Both the position numbers and the translations under genes were made by a program. Below, one piece after another: positions 41,722-57,046 of a DNA stretch of 64,000 nucleotides (the first letter of the stretch is position 1; every line of letters starts with the position of its first letter). Below the pieces are notes generated by a model, which searched no databases, was not told the DNA's origin, and worked only from the letters and a program-made list of their open reading frames with translations. Source of the DNA: the human T2T-CHM13v2.0 reference genome, Homo sapiens; assembly GCF_009914755.1 (NCBI RefSeq), contig NC_060933.1. One strand, written 5' to 3'.

Positions 41722-42460
41722 TATGTGAAAAGGTATATACAGATGGTACATAAGAACAGGAAAATATGTGTAATAATATTAGTCATAAAGAATTTGCAAA
41801 CTGAGGCCACAATGATTTTTCACCATATACCTACCAGAATGACTAAAATAAAAGTAATAAAACAGCAAATTCTGATTAGCATGAACAAAAACTGGATCTT
41901 TCATACATTGCTGGTGGGAATGTAAAATTGTACAGCCATGCTGAAAAAGAGTATAGTATATTCTTAAGAAAGTAAAAAAAAGTTTATCATATGACCCAAC
42001 AATTGTTATTGGGCATTTATACCAGATAAATAAAATGTAGGTTCACATAATAACCTGTATATGAGTGTCTGCAGCAACTTCATTTGCAACAGTCAAAAGT
42101 TGAAAACAGTTCAAATATATTTCAATGGGTGAATTGTTAAGCTGTGGTATATCCATACTGTGGAATACTACACAGCAATAACAAAATAAGAAATTTATTG
42201 ATGCATGTAAAAATGTAAATAGCATTTTAGGAAATTATGCTGGGTTTTTAAAAAGCCATTTATATAGCATTCTTGAAATGAAAAAAATATATAGGATAAG
42301 GAACAGAATTGTAGTGCCAGATATTAGGTGTTTTGTGGCTGGGCAGGGTTCATGGTAGTGCTATAAAATGGGAGAAGGAGGGATCCCTGTGGTTGAACTA
42401 TTCTATGTCTTGATTGTGATAATGGTCACACAAATCTATAAATGTGATAAAACTGCATAG

Positions 42461-42495
<35 letters not shown>

Positions 42496-42660
42496 CTGCA
42501 AAACTAGTGAAACCCGATTGAGGATAAGATGGGTGTAATTTGTCTAGTGCTTTTCCTGGTAGTGACATTGTACTATATTTACAAAAAATGTTACTATTGG
42601 AGGGAAAATTAGTGATGGATATATGGGATCTCTCTCTATTATATTTTACAGTCTATCTCA
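41722..42660 (+). mobile_element. L1MD-like 3' end containing (CA)n at about 42462-42494
   Basis: tgctggtgggaatgtaaaattgtacagcc; gggatccctgtggttgaactattctatgtcttgattgtg; gtgataaaactgcatagaac. Confidence 0.8.
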
Positions 42661-44559
42661 AAATAGCCCAACAAAGGCAGATGGTTCATTTGGATTGCCA
42701 TATCTGAACAGGAGCTCTCAGGACTAGTCTGTGTTGTAGTTATATGGAATGAAAACTAGATAGAAACAAACAGGCTCTGCTGCAATTGATTTTTTAAAAA
42801 GAAGACATCCAAATATATTTAATTCTTCTGCAAGTTTAAGAAGACAATGTGCTTTCTTCTTTAAAATAATTTAAATCGTTACATAGTATTTATTTATTAG
42901 TTTGACTCATTTGCTATTGATATTATAGGAAGGGCAGTACTAAAATTTAGATCATATATCTAAGTAGTTTGAACATTTTTATTAATATGTATTATGAATA
43001 TAATTATATCAAGAATAATCAACTTTCTTATGTTAAAATTATATGATTATATAAACTATATGTATATATATATAACAAGTACATATTAAAATATGTCTAT
43101 AATAACAATTTTAAATAAGAGAATTGTATGAGACATAATACTCCTTATTTGGAACAACATTTTAGCTAGGTTTAATTTACATAAATATAATTTTATGTAT
43201 ATGTACACTGGCATATAAACTACAGAAGGACAGAGACTTTTCCTGTGATTATAGTACCATTCCCTGCATTCAAGGATACCAGTTTCTCAATAGCTCTCTG
43301 GTGGACCCACTCACTTGAAATGGAAGCACTTTTTTTGTCCACCTCCATGAGTAGAAATGATATCTCAACATAATAAAAACTACTTACCAAAGAGATTTTT
43401 GCTAACAACCTCTCTCACTTCTATATTAATTGTAAACCTTTTGAAAAATATTTTTAGATGCATGATTGAGTAATCCTAATGTAATGAATTTTGTTTGCAA
43501 GTTAGAAACATCCTAAATTGTCTGAAACTCACTTTATAATGTAGGAATCTTTTCTCCTTAACTTGAGGGTCTCATCCAAAACATTAAGCCCACACCACTC
43601 CCAATAAAATAGTCTATTAAAATACATATATTGGACATAAGTTGTTCTTATTTGGGAAGATAGTAAATTAATATGTTTCCCTATTTAGTGTATTTACTGT
43701 AGTAATATCTTCTTTTTCATGTGACTATTTCTGTAAGCTATTAATTTTCATAAAAACTTTTAAAACCAATTTTTATTTGACTTTCAGTTCTAGATAGAGT
43801 ATTTCACTGATTATAAAGTTTTCTTTGTGATCTACTCAATTTTATTTGATGTACAATTCTACCACTGATATAATAATTAGAAATAATGTTGCTATTCTGA
43901 AAGAGGTTAAATATTATGTCTACTTTTCTCCCAAATTTAAATAGTTACAACAGGCAACTATTTAATTTTTCTTCAAATAGTTTTTTAAAATAAAAACTTA
44001 TAAAATATTTCTAACATCCCTTAAGGATTTGTAGTGTTATGTTTTCCATAAGACATGTTTTCTGTATAGTCAGTTTTTCTAGTAGACTGTCTCTGGATCT
44101 TTATGACAATTCTATAATGTTCCGTTATTGTAGGTTAATAATAGTATATGCTATCTTAAAACCATCTGTAAAATTACAAAGGAATACTTTATCAACACTA
44201 CATAATTCTAAATTAAAATGTTTCCAGCATTCATTTATCTTTGGGAACACTGAAAATGGACTGAACGCGCTGAAAATGCCGTTATAAATAAGACAATTGA
44301 ACAACATGCTTAAGTAGGTTGAAGAAAATGATAAGCTTTATCTTAATGTCCTTTGAAAATTAAAACTGAATTTTCTAACATGTACAAAATTTTATTTTAA
44401 AGTAAAATGTTAAAAGGAATATATGTATATGTGCATATAAATGTATTCAAATTAGTATATACATAAATACATCTTAAACTTACTTATAAGTTTAAAATTT
44501 AATGAAATACACTCTACTTTTTAAATACCATTTTTACTGAAATCTAAAACACAAAAAAA

Positions 44560-44916
44560 TGCTATGGACTGAATGTGCGTGCCCCCCCCACAAAATTCAT
44601 ATAAGTTTAATGCTCAATATAATGCTATTTGGGTGTGAGGTCTTTGGAAGGTATTTAATTCTTCAGAATAGAGCCTTCATGAATGGGATTTATGACCTTA
44701 TAGCAAGAGACAGGGGAGAGATTGTTTCCTTTCTCTCTCGGCCATGTATGGACACAAGAATATGAATTTTCACAAAAGACAGCCCTCATCAGACACCAGA
44801 TCTGTTGATGGCTGCATCTTGAATTTCCCATGTTAGAACTGTAGGAAGTAATTCTCTGTTGTTTAAGTCACATAGTATATGATAATTTGCTCTAGCAGCC
44901 TTGACTGACCAAGATA
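44560..44916 (+). mobile_element. MLT1A0-like MaLR LTR
   Basis: tgctatggactgaatgt...gagccttcatgaatgggatt...tagcagccttgactgaccaagata. Confidence 0.85.
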
Positions 44917-44919
44917 GAA

Positions 44920-46080
44920 AAACTTCCCCTTCTGGTCATGGTAGAGTAATAGTAACCATATTTACTCTCCTGTGTGAAAGGAATTTTTAGAGAAACAGTT
45001 TAAGACAATGGACATCAGGCAACCAAAACAGAGGTCAGGAAACAAAAGAGGATAGCACTAACACTGCCCAAGCTTACTGTGGTGAGAGAGTGTTTCCAGG
45101 CTATGTGAAAAGACTGGAGGAGCAGGGTGAGATGGAAAAGGGGGCTTCAGATCTAACCTCATGGCCTCCTTCAGTTGAGCAGATAAAGCTGAGTCTGTGA
45201 AGACCAGGCACTTAGAGTTAAGACAAAATATCAGAGAGAAGATAAAGATTCCTGAATATGGAGTGCCCTCCTCTGGTATTAATCAGAGAGTGGTCAGTGC
45301 ATTCTTGTGAGGAAATGACCTGAAGCCAAGAAATGAATGATCAGGAAGTACTAAAGAGCACAGTGCGTAGTTCTCACACAGAGAAGAGGATAGTGCCTAT
45401 TACCACCAAAATAATGGAAAAACTCATAATTCTTGTGACATTAGATGGGATTCTCAAGAAGGTCTTACCTTAGTAGGGAGGAATCATTATTCCTAGACTA
45501 TTAGTCTTACCTAACAAATCATGAAGGCATGACCCAAAAAGATCAACCTGTTTCCACGTAACTTATCTGTATCACAGAATGAAGTTTAATAATATTTCTA
45601 AATAAATAAGGATCACCATTATTCAACAACATAGAGTTCACAATGTCTGGCATCCACATGAAGATTACCTAGCATGCAAAAAAGCAGGAATATATGCTCC
45701 ATAATGAAGAGGCTATTAATCAATTGATACAAATCCAGAACTGACTCAGATGTTAGATTTGTAAACAAGGATATTATAACATTTGTGAGAACTGTATTCC
45801 GTATGTTTTTCAAAAAATTAATTAATGCTGTTGAAGTACAAAAAAGACCCAAATTAAATGTCCAGAAGTAAAACTATGATCTCTGAAATAACTACATTGG
45901 TTGGAATTAATGGCAGATTAGACATTGCAGAAGAAAAAAAACTTCAACTGAAGAAGGAAATGCAAAGTATATAAAATGAAACACAGAAAGAAATTAAAAA
46001 TTCAACAAGTATAGTAAGCTGCAGAGCAACTTCATGTGACCTAATATGAGTAACTGGAGTCTTTAATGGAAAGGAGGAAG
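44920..46080 (+). mobile_element. Ancient L1M 5' region and ORF1 start
   Basis: aagacaatggacatcaggca; aatgtctggcatcca...gcatgcaaaaaagcaggaa; gcagattagacattgcagaagaaaa. Confidence 0.7.
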
Positions 46081-47264
46081 GCTTGTTCTATGGCAGTGAT
46101 AAAGGTCATGAAAGAGAGGAAAGAAGCTGTTGTGGGGAAAAAAAGCTGAACTTGACACTAGACAGTTGTGGAAGAAGACTTTGATGCTTAATTATAATCT
46201 AATCAGTAGAAATATTATGACCTCAAGCATATTCCAGATTTAAGTTAAATCAGAGAAAGGGAAAATCCAGCATCTAATCATTTAAACAACTAAAAGGATT
46301 GTGGGATTAGAAGTTCATATGGACATTGTCTGGATCTTCAGAGTTCAATTATTTCAGTCTCTCAGTAATTCAGAATGATTTATTTGCAAATCAAACTGTT
46401 TAAATTTATGATAAAATGACCCAGACAAAATACAACATCATTTGGAAAACAATTATTCCCAGGGATATTAAGATTGTATTCTCCCATTATTGACTTAACT
46501 TCTGATTGCTACTCTAATTTTCACATCTGGCTATATGCACCTGAATATTACTAATCACGGCCAGAAAGATTTAAATTTATCAAATATGATTTTTTTTCAG
46601 ATATTATCCCCAAATTATCTGTTATAGTTACATAGTCTTTCTTTAAATATTTATAATTTCATCAGAAAAATAAGAAAGAATCACAGGTAACAGCCCAAAT
46701 TGCAAAAACTCACATCTGTTTTTAGTTGAAGAAAGATAGAAGGTAAATTCACTTGTACAATATTATAGATTTGTCTAAGAAGTATATTTTCTATACATAG
46801 TGAACATCATGACTATACATTCTAAGGGAAATAATAATACCTACAATTTGCTGAGTACCAGGCTCCTTGATAAATGTCTAATATGTAGTTATCATAACAA
46901 ATAAAAACACTGGTAGAAAATATTTTTCTAAATTAATATAGATAAGTTAGAAAATGGCTGAGTATATTTTCAATGTATACATAACTTCAAGTATTGTTTA
47001 TTTTATAAAATAGTGCTGCTATAATGTGCATCTGTATCTGAAACTCCACTTTAAAAACATGAATATAATTGTTTTATGTTTATATTAATAACCTTATAAT
47101 TATAAATTTATCTTAGAATTTTGGTGAATTATTATAAATTCAATGTATATTTCTTGAGTTTTTATGAGTGATCCTGAAAAAACCTAGAAGTTCTAACCAT
47201 AATTCCTTGACTAATCAATCTTTACTAGTTTCATTTCTCAAGAATTTTCTCTGTCTCCACTCTG

Positions 47265-47265
<1 letters not shown>

Positions 47266-47305
<40 letters not shown>
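47266..47305. repeat. (CA)n microsatellite
   Basis: Direct reading. Confidence 0.97.
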
Positions 47306-47308
<3 letters not shown>

Positions 47309-47369
47309 GCATATATATTTACAAAAAAAAATTAAGACTTTAAATGTCTATCATGGAAATATCTTCTAG

Positions 47370-47560
47370 GTTAGAAATTTTGAATGCATCATTACTTTTA
47401 ATAATTATGCACTACTTCTTATATTACCATATCATGATTTATTTAGTCGTCTCCCAATGGTTGGATATTTAAATATCCTTGTATTTCAGTATTATAAATA
47501 GCTCTGAGATGAACATAACATACCACAGATACTTTTCACCAATTCTGCTGTTCATCTGGT
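47370..47560 (-). mobile_element. L1ME-like 3' fragment
   Basis: catgatttatttagtcgtctcccaatggttggatatttaaat...tattataaatagctctgagatgaacat. Confidence 0.55.
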
Positions 47561-49029
47561 ATGTATGTCACTGTTATCTACATTCAGGTCCAATTTCTTT
47601 TTTATTGATAGTCTGATAGCCTTTCAGAAATCTAGTTTGATGTTCACTCCCATCAACAGGGAGAGCACAATTAGACATATGGTTTGGAAGGGTGATCTTC
47701 AACAACTTGGAAGTTGGTTTAAAGTGAGGAAAGTGTAGAAAAGTGTTAATTTCAAAATAATCCTTAAAAGAGATGATAACACATATTAAAGCAGTGACCA
47801 CAATATGGATAAGAGCAAAGAATTAGGCATTTTCTGACATGGAAAAAAGTCTCTCTAGATTAAAATCTTCTTGAAGACGGGGACTATAGCTCGCCCTTCT
47901 CCATTCCAAGTGCTTATTGTAGTTACTGGCACGTAGTATGGGATAAACAAAGAAGCAAAACAAAATATAATGGAATGAATGAAAACAGTATTTATAGAAA
48001 TGAATGCCTATGTTGTGTGGATACTGAATGAGAGTAAGAAAACAAAGATGACTGTCTTTTTCTTTCTTTGTCTCTGTTGTGAAAATAAATGCCATGCTCA
48101 GCTTTTATTTCCACTTTGATTGGCATTAAAAATTATAGAATTTATGCATGGCAACCCCTCCTAAGAATTCTCTTCTATTCTTCAAATCATCACCCCAGGG
48201 GAACATTAATTTATTCTCTTCTAAATAATCATAAACCTGTACTGTTAATTTGTATTCTATGTTATGACTTATTTTATTTCCTCTACTTGATGGTGATGTA
48301 CTTGACAAGTAAAATGTTTTGTTCAAATGTAAGTCTTCTATATTGCCTAATGTAATATTTGCATACTATAAATATGTTTAAATGTATAAATGAAGATAAT
48401 TTTGTGTAACTGTATTCTGTATACGAGCAGAGTTATTACCGATTTTTGTCATTTTTGAAGAAATGAATATTGTTTACTTTCATTTTCATCCTATTATATT
48501 TTGTGCATCAGGGAATTGTGTTTCCTGAACATCCACCTGCTGTTTGATTTATGGCATACTGAGTCACCTTAAGACTTTTCACAATCTGTGCTCAGACACC
48601 CCTGTAATCAACTAACCAATCAGTCTTATTTAGAAGGTAGACTAGTAATAATAGAGTGTGTGAGAGCAATGACAGGGAATAAAAATGCATAAAAGGAAAA
48701 ACATTCTGTGTGCTTCCAACATGTTTCTTGTTACTAAACATTCATTTCTCAATTTAGCCACAGATATCTTAGTGAAGATTTTGTGCATTTCACTCCGGAA
48801 GTAAAGCAGAATAATACTTTCCCTAATAGAATTAGAAGTCTATATGCTAACTTTGCAGGCTAGCACAGAACTTCTCATACAAATAATTTACATCTTCTTA
48901 AAATCATGTAAAATTTATCTTGTTAACTTTGACCTTTGAGAATTATTTTAGATCCAAGTGAAATACAGCATTAAAATAATTTTCATCTTATCAATGAAGT
49001 GTTTTATAAAAAGAGCCAAAAATCTTGAT

Positions 49030-49265
49030 CTTTGGTTGGAACTATGAATTCTGTAATCACCAGCTCTGTTATTTTACTAAGCATAGGGCCATGGACAAGT
49101 TATTTAGCCTCCTTTTGAAGCAGTTTTCACAATTCTATTAATAGATAAATTAATAGTGATGAAGAGTGCAGTTATAAGATTTAAAAGGAATAAAATAGGT
49201 GATGTTCTGACACTGTCTGTCACATAGTAATAAATACATATAAGCTTTTGCATTTATTAGTATTA
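49030..49265 (+). mobile_element. MIR SINE
   Basis: ccatggacaagttatttagcctc...cagttttcac...aagatttaaaaggaataa...cacatagtaa. Confidence 0.65.
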
Positions 49266-49930
49266 CTGGGTTAAGGATTCTTGAAACAGTCTCCAATCCA
49301 CTTCAGATTATATAGATACATAACTTCTCTGTACTCTCCCACTACTTGTCATATTGGGAAATCTGTTCATCTTAGAGCAATTGCACCCCAAATGTGGACT
49401 TTATTACATAAATTGCAATAATTAACTATAGCTCTTATCCGAGAATGTCTTAATAGCATATAGGAAACAAATAATTAAACCATTGCAGATTCTTCTCAGG
49501 GAGATAACTATCTTGTTTAGAAAAATGTCTGCTGGATATGGGTGAATATAGAAACAGCATCCTCTAGGTGTGGTTTGAATGCGCTGGAATGAGCAGTGAG
49601 TCTGGAAGAAGGGAGTAGCAGCAAAAGAGAAAAGCAAGCTCACAGGAATCTTCTGTGGAAATAGATGACCGAGGAATTTTTTAAGAATGGAGAACATACT
49701 ATAGGTTTTCTTTTTTATTGATAAACTATAGCTTGTATTTTCTCTCAAATCTGAAATTATACTAAAAGAACTTTGCTCAGTATTTTTAATCTTGAAAGTG
49801 GAGATGTAATTTTATATTTGTGTAAACACGAAGCATAGAGAAGGCTGTAGGCATTATTGGAAGTGCAATCATTAACACAATGGGAACAAGAAATTGCAAA
49901 GAGGGGATTTTAAAAATAAAAATAAAATGT

Positions 49931-50344
<414 letters not shown>

Positions 50345-50410
50345 TTAACAGCATATTAATTTAGAGAATATTGTATTATACATAAGTATTGTTTTTTATT
50401 TTCTATTGAT

Positions 50411-50488
50411 TTATTGATTTAATATTTGTTATTTTAATACTTATTGATTTAATATTTATTATTTTAATACTTATTGATTTAATATTTG
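50411..50488. repeat. 30-bp AT-rich tandem repeat, about 2.6 copies
   Basis: ttattgatttaatattt(g/a)ttattttaatac repeated. Confidence 0.9.
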
Positions 50489-50879
50489 AAATTGACCTAA
50501 TATTTTGGAATTTATTTAATATTATTTTGTTATTGATTTAATTATTAGTATTCTAGTTGACAGAGAGTATTGTAATACATATATTGCATATCTTTCTGAG
50601 AAGGCTGAGAATGTTGCATTGCTGCTCATTTTCCCTTCTGGGATATGTATTTTATATCTTCTTGGTGATAATCATACAATTTGAAAGATTTTTTTCCCCC
50701 AGAGGCAATATAATCTGTAGAATAGTGAACTGGATGATATAGCAGATACTTTATTTTAGGGGTTACTCTTTCCCCAGTTCAATTGTATAGCTGTACTATG
50801 AAGAGTCATATTTGGAAAACTAGCATGTTCCCTCGTTACAGTTGTTCCACAGGAGTAGGTACTATCAAGAGCTGAGCTG

Positions 50880-51870
50880 AACTGAGAGAGCTGAGCTGCC
50901 AGGTGTTGGGGTAGGCAATTGAAACAATGAGCCACAATAAAAGTAACTATCAAGGCTTAATCACTTACTGTGAGAGTGTAACTAAGGGGCTAACCCTAGA
51001 GGAAGCACCAGCTCCTTGACGGTTCCATTTTTCGCATAGAATATCACTGGGTAGAGGTCAAATGGATGAGCACAGATGAGGGAGGCCTCTTACTGCAGAG
51101 GGAGCTGCAAGTAAAAGATTTTTGTCATTTGATGGACCCAGGAAATGGTGGTAGAGAGAGGGAGAAGGGCTAAGAGTGGAAAAATATTTAGTATTGAGTC
51201 TAAGTGGAAACAAGCGTCTCAAGAATCTTCCATAAAGAAAACCTCCCAATTGAGGCCCCTTCGGTAGGGATACATACAGATGTGCAAAACAGCATGGCCA
51301 GCAAAAGGGACCTGAGTCCCTGCCTGTAAATCTTTTCAGACATTGCAATGCCTTAGCTGTGCATCATGTTCGGTGCAGATCATATTTTTCCTGTGAAACA
51401 TAGCCAGGTAAAACCTTTGTGGTTGCCATAGGCCAGGAGCTAGAATCCTCAGACATAATCCAGACTGGGTCTGTTACCTACCCTTACCCAGATCCCAAAC
51501 GTCTGTCCATAGTCAATGGGTCCATAGCAGGATACTTGCTCTCATGAGAAGATAAATTCTATCTAGTCTGAAGTGGTAAACAGAATCATTAGATGTGGAG
51601 CTTTTGAAAAAAATGCCTATTTCCCCCATACACAGATTAAATAAGCAAAAGTAGATGCTTACCAATAATAAAGAAAATAAAGCAAATGCAGTAAAGTGGC
51701 AAGGAGTGAAAAATGAAAAGAGCTCCAATGTCATATGAGAGCTTGGATCTAATTAATTCTTGAGGTCCAGATGGACTTCTGTGCTTCAATCTCCATATAT
51801 ATTTCTTGTTATTATCCTCTACTTTGTTTGAATTAGCTAAACTGCTTCTGTTATTTTAAACCAAGAGTGG
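50880..51870 (+). mobile_element. Probable very old MLT1 internal fragment plus MLT1J/K/L-like LTR
   Basis: Purine-rich degraded tract ending cttggatctaattaattcttgaggtccag...ttctgttattttaaaccaagagt, similar to old MLT1 3' ends. Confidence 0.35.
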
Positions 51871-52944
51871 CAGAAAACACAAATGGCCAGATAGAGAACC
51901 AAAACAGAAATACGCTGTTTGAAATTTTTGAAACATACGCAGTGACTTCTGGTTAATTTTCTCTAACAGAGGCTTATTACTTGGCAAAGCAATTTATTAT
52001 ACATATCAATTGAATCAATAGATTTTTTAAAACTCATATTTGTCTTCTGAAATGTTTGTCCTGTATAGCTTCATTCGGTCCTCTGAATGGAGGTAAAATC
52101 AAATAACAAGGTTTCTATATTGAGACTGATTAATAATCTTAAAAAATTAGGTTTAATAAGCTTTTGTCAATTTACTTGAGATCCTTAATATGATAGCATA
52201 TCAAGTCAGTAAATAAATATTTTAATTTTGGTTCTCTCTCCTTCCAACTCCAACCTTTGACATATTTTAGAAATACTGCATGATAATTAATTGAGCATAA
52301 TATTTGCAGAACAGTAGCAGGCAAATTAATATGAATTGGAAGTCTGTTAGAAAGAAAGGTCTGCCCATAAAGATGACGGTAGAATTGCATGCAGATAGTG
52401 GGAAGTCTCTTTAACTGAATGGGTGAGTAATAATTTCATCAGTGGAGAAAGAGTGGATGAAAAGATATTTTGTATAGATTTGTATAGAGAATATTTTAAA
52501 ATAACAGAACCCTAGTTTGATTAGTGAGCTGGTAGATATTGTTCTGTGAAGGGCAGAATGCTACAAATGCTCTTGATTTTATGATTCTGGAGTGCCAGAC
52601 ACTTTGGAAATTTTCCATGTATGAGAAGTACAGCATGATTTGGCAATCCAATGTAGGACAATTTTTTAGCTGAGTCCTACAGAATTAATTATTTTGTAAA
52701 AAACTTGAGAAACTGCAACCTACCAACACAACAGAGGAAAAATATTGCCTCTTGAGTCTATATAATATAAATTTTCAAAAATAATACCCAATAGTGGTGA
52801 TAAGCAACAGCAGCAATATATTGATTGGATCTAACTCTTTTATCCATTGTGTGTGGAATCTAGGTAGATGCTCTCCTTGAGATCTGTATGGCTCCTTGAG
52901 AAGTCAGAGGACAGTAGAAGTCATCAAAGGTAGATTTCCTTTTG

Positions 52945-54270
52945 TTGTTTTTTTTTTCTTACCTTTTAATCTTGAAATATTTATAAACACACAAGAAATT
53001 TCAAATATAGGACATAGAGTACTCTGTGCCTTTTGCCCAAATTTCCTCAGTAGTGATAATTTATGTAGCTGTAGAACAAAATTAATTCCAGAAAACTGGT
53101 TTCAGTACATAACTGTTAACTAGATTATAGATCTTGCTTTCTTTTCCATTTTTATTTATTTATTTATTACCATTTTAACCTGTATTCTTGTGTCTGTATT
53201 TGTGCATACGGGTACACAGTTCTATGCAATTCATCTATCAGTCTGTCATCTAACAAGTACACATTTGTTAGATGTGTACACATTTTTACAACAAAAAATA
53301 AAAGTACTGAACTCTTCCATCATCACGAGTGACCTCCCTCATGTTATGCCTTTCTATTCACAAGCCCATGCCTACCTGCCTCTTGAGAACCACATATCTG
53401 TTATCAACCACTATCCTATAGTTTCAACAATGCCGTATCATGCTTTGTAAATAAAACAATACAGAACTTAAACTTCAGAAATTGACCTCTTTCACGAATA
53501 ATAATTATATAGAAATCCACCTAGGTAGTTGCATGTGTCAATATTTGCTTCCTTTTCTTGTTGAGTAAAATGCATGACATAGATGTAACATAGATGTACA
53601 TCTGTTAGATATAACATAGATATACATAGATGTAACACAGATGTAACACTTACCCAATGAAAGACATTTGGATACTTCCAAGTTTTGACTATTACCAAAA
53701 AAAAAATAAAAGAAAAATGGCTGCTATGGACATTGATGTACAGGTTTTAATATGAATGTTGTTTTCACTTAGTTGCCTACGAGTGTGATTACTAAATTGT
53801 ATGTTTGGATATGTATAATTTTATAAAAAACTGCAAAATTACTTTTCAGAGTGGCTGTACCATTTTATATTCCCACCAGCAATGTATGAAAGGTCTAGTT
53901 TCTTCACAGTCTCAGAAGCATTTGGTTTTGTCACTATTTTTTTTAATTTTAGCTGTTCTAATGTCTGTAGTGGTATCTCATTGTAGCATTAATTTGTATA
54001 TTCTTAATAGTGAGTGATATTGAACAAATTTTTATATGCTTATTTCCTAACATATCTCTTCTTTGGTGAAATGTTGATATGTATTTTGCTGATTTTCTAA
54101 TTGAATTTTTCTTGCCTCTTGACTTTTTGAGAGTTCTTTATAGATTCTATATGTAAGAGTTTAATCAGGTATGTGATTTACAAATGTTTTGCCCTTGTCC
54201 ATAGTCATATTTTTGTCTTCTCTTTAATGCCTCTAACAATGGTATTTCCTTTAATAAAGCAGAGTTTTGT
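52945..54270 (-). mobile_element. L1MD-like 3' end
   Basis: ttgaaatatttataaacacacaagaaatttc; cagagtggctgtaccattttatattcccaccagcaatgtatga. Confidence 0.8.
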
Positions 54271-54821
54271 TTGAATAATTAATAGAAAAAAAGAAAACAG
54301 ATATGGCTATATTTGCATGCTGAGTTTGTGGAGCTATTTAGATAAGTAACATAATCATTACTCAATGTATTATAGTGATGAAAAATACATTCCAATTTTC
54401 AAATAATTGATTTAGACAACACTATTTAGAATACAACCTACACGTTAAGTAGGAGGCTTGCATTTAAGTGAACTAAATTGGAACAAAAACTGTGATTTCT
54501 TTTTTTTTCCTAAGCACAAATATTTTAACTTTCTTTCACTCTTTGAATCAATAAAAATGAAAAGAAGTTAATGCCCAAACACCTTTCCATATATATTTTT
54601 TTCTGAGCCAATATTTTGACATTTGTATGTAATATTCAACTAGAAATATCTCAAAACTTCTAGTGAAATTAAAATCCAATAATATTGTTGATTTCCTTGT
54701 AAGAAATACTTAATTTTTTTTTCCATTTTAATTTAGTTTTAATGACAGTGCATTTCTTAGTTTCTAATAATGAAAAACTGGCATATTCACCTAAGATAAT
54801 TTAGAAATATAAGATATTACC

Positions 54822-57046
54822 TGATATGGTTTGGCTGTGTCACCCAAATATCATCTTGAAATGTAGCTCCCACAGTTCCCATGTATTGTGGGAGGGAACG
54901 GGTGGGAGATAATTGAATCATGAGAATGATCTCCTCCATACTGTTCTCATGGTAGTGAATAAGTCTCATGAGATCTGATGGTTTTATAAGGGGTTTCCCC
55001 TTTTGCTTGGCTCTCATTCTCTCTTGTCTGCTGCCATTTAAGACATGCCTTTCGCTTTTCACCATAATTGTAAGGTCCCCCCAGCCACACGGAATTCTGA
55101 GTCCATTGAACCTCTCTTTCTTTATAAATTACCCAGACTTGGGTATGTCTTTATAAAGAGTGTGAAAATGGACTAATATAGTAAATTGGTACTGGGAGAG
55201 GGGCACTGCTGTAAAGGTACCTGAAAATGTGGAAATGACTTTGGAACTGGGTAACAGGCAGAGGTTAGAACAGTTTGGAGGGCTCAGAAGAAGACAGGAA
55301 AATGTGGGAAAGTTTGGAACTTCCTAGAGACTTGTTGAATGGCTTTAACCAAAATGCTGATAATTATATGGACAAGGAAATCCAGGCTGAGGTTGTCTCA
55401 GACAGAGATGAGGAACTTGCTGGGAACTGAAGCAAAAGCGACTTTTGTTATGTTTTGAGCAAAGAGACTGGCAGCATTTTGCCTCTGCCCTAGAGATTTG
55501 TGGAACTTTGAACTTGAGGGAGATGATTTAGGGTATGTGGCAGAAGAAATTTCTCAGTAGCAAAACATTGAAGAGGTGACTTGGGTGCAGTTAAAAGCAT
55601 TCAGTTTTAAAAGGTTAACAGATCATAAAAGTTGGTAAAATTTACAGCCTGACAATTCAATAGAAAAGAAAAACTCACTTTCTGAGGAGCAATTCAAGCC
55701 AGCTGCAGAAATTTGCATAAGTAACCAGTATCCAAATGTTAATGACCAAGACAATGAGGAAAATGTCTCCAGGGCATGTCAGAGAACTTTGTGGCAGCCA
55801 CTCCCATCACAGGCCCAGAGGCCTATGAGGAAAAGATGGTTTTGTGTGCTGCCCCCCTGCTTTGTGCAGCCTAGGGACTTGGTGCCCTGCATCCCAACCA
55901 CTCTAGCCATGACTAAAAGAGGCGATGGCTTCAGAGGGTTCAAGCCCCAAGCCTTGGTAGCTTCCCTGTGGTGTTGATACTGAAGGTGTATAGATGTCAA
56001 GACTTGAGATTTGGGAACTTTCACCTAGATTTCATAGGTTGTATGGAAATGCCTGGATGTCCAGGCAGATTGCTGCAGGTATGGGGCCCATATGGAGAAC
56101 CTCTGCTAGGGCAGTGAGGAAGAGAAATGTGGGGTTGAATCCCCCACACAGAGTCCCTACTTGAGCACTGCCTAGGGGAGCTGTGAGAAGAGGGCCACCA
56201 TCCTCTAGACCCCAAAATGATCCACCAACATCTTACACTGTGTGCCTGGAAACACCGCATACACTCAATGCCAGACCATGAAAGTAGTCAGGAGGGAGGC
56301 TACCCTGCAAAGCCACAGGGGAAGGGCTGCCCAAGGCTGTGGAAGCCCACCTCTTCCATCAGTGTGACCTGGATGTGAGACATGGAATCAAAGGAGATTA
56401 TTTTGGATTTTTAATATTTGACTGCCATACTGGATTTAGACTTTCATGGGGCCTGGAGCCCCTTTGTTTTGGCCAGTTTCTTCCATTTGGAATGGCATAT
56501 TTATCCAATGCCTGTACCCTCATAGTATTTAGGAAGTAACTAACTTGCTTTTGATTTTACAGGCTCATAGCTTGAAGGGACTTGTCTCAGATGTGACTTT
56601 GGGCTGTGGACTTTTGAATTAACGCTGAAATGAATTAAGCCTTTGGGGGCCTGTTGGGAAGGCATGATTGGTTTTGAAATGTGAGGACATGAGATTTGGA
56701 AGGGGCCAGGGGCGGAATGATAGGATTTGGTTGTGCCCCCACCAAAATCTCATCTTGAATTGTAGAGCCCATAATTCCCACATGTTGTGGGAGAGACCCA
56801 GTGGGAGCTAATTAAATCATGGGGTGGTTTCCTCTATACTATTCTCATAGTAGTGAATAAGTCTCACAATCACTTGGCTCTCATTCTTTCTTGTCTGCCA
56901 CGATGTAAGATGTGCCTTTTGCCTTCTGCCATGATTGTAAAGCCCTCCCAGCCACATGGAACTGTCATTCCATTAAATCTTTTTTCTTTATAAATTACCC
57001 AGTCTTAGGCATGTCTTTATCAGCAGATTGAAAACAGACTAATACA
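54822..57046 (+). mobile_element. Full-length THE1 (THE1B/C-like) MaLR provirus: 5' LTR 54822-55180, internal 55181-56717, 3' LTR 56718-57046
   Basis: Two direct LTRs (tgata...ctaata(c/t)a), internal region starting gtaaattggtac, purine tract before the 3' LTR, perfect TSD TTACC at 54817-54821 and 57047-57051. Confidence 0.95.
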
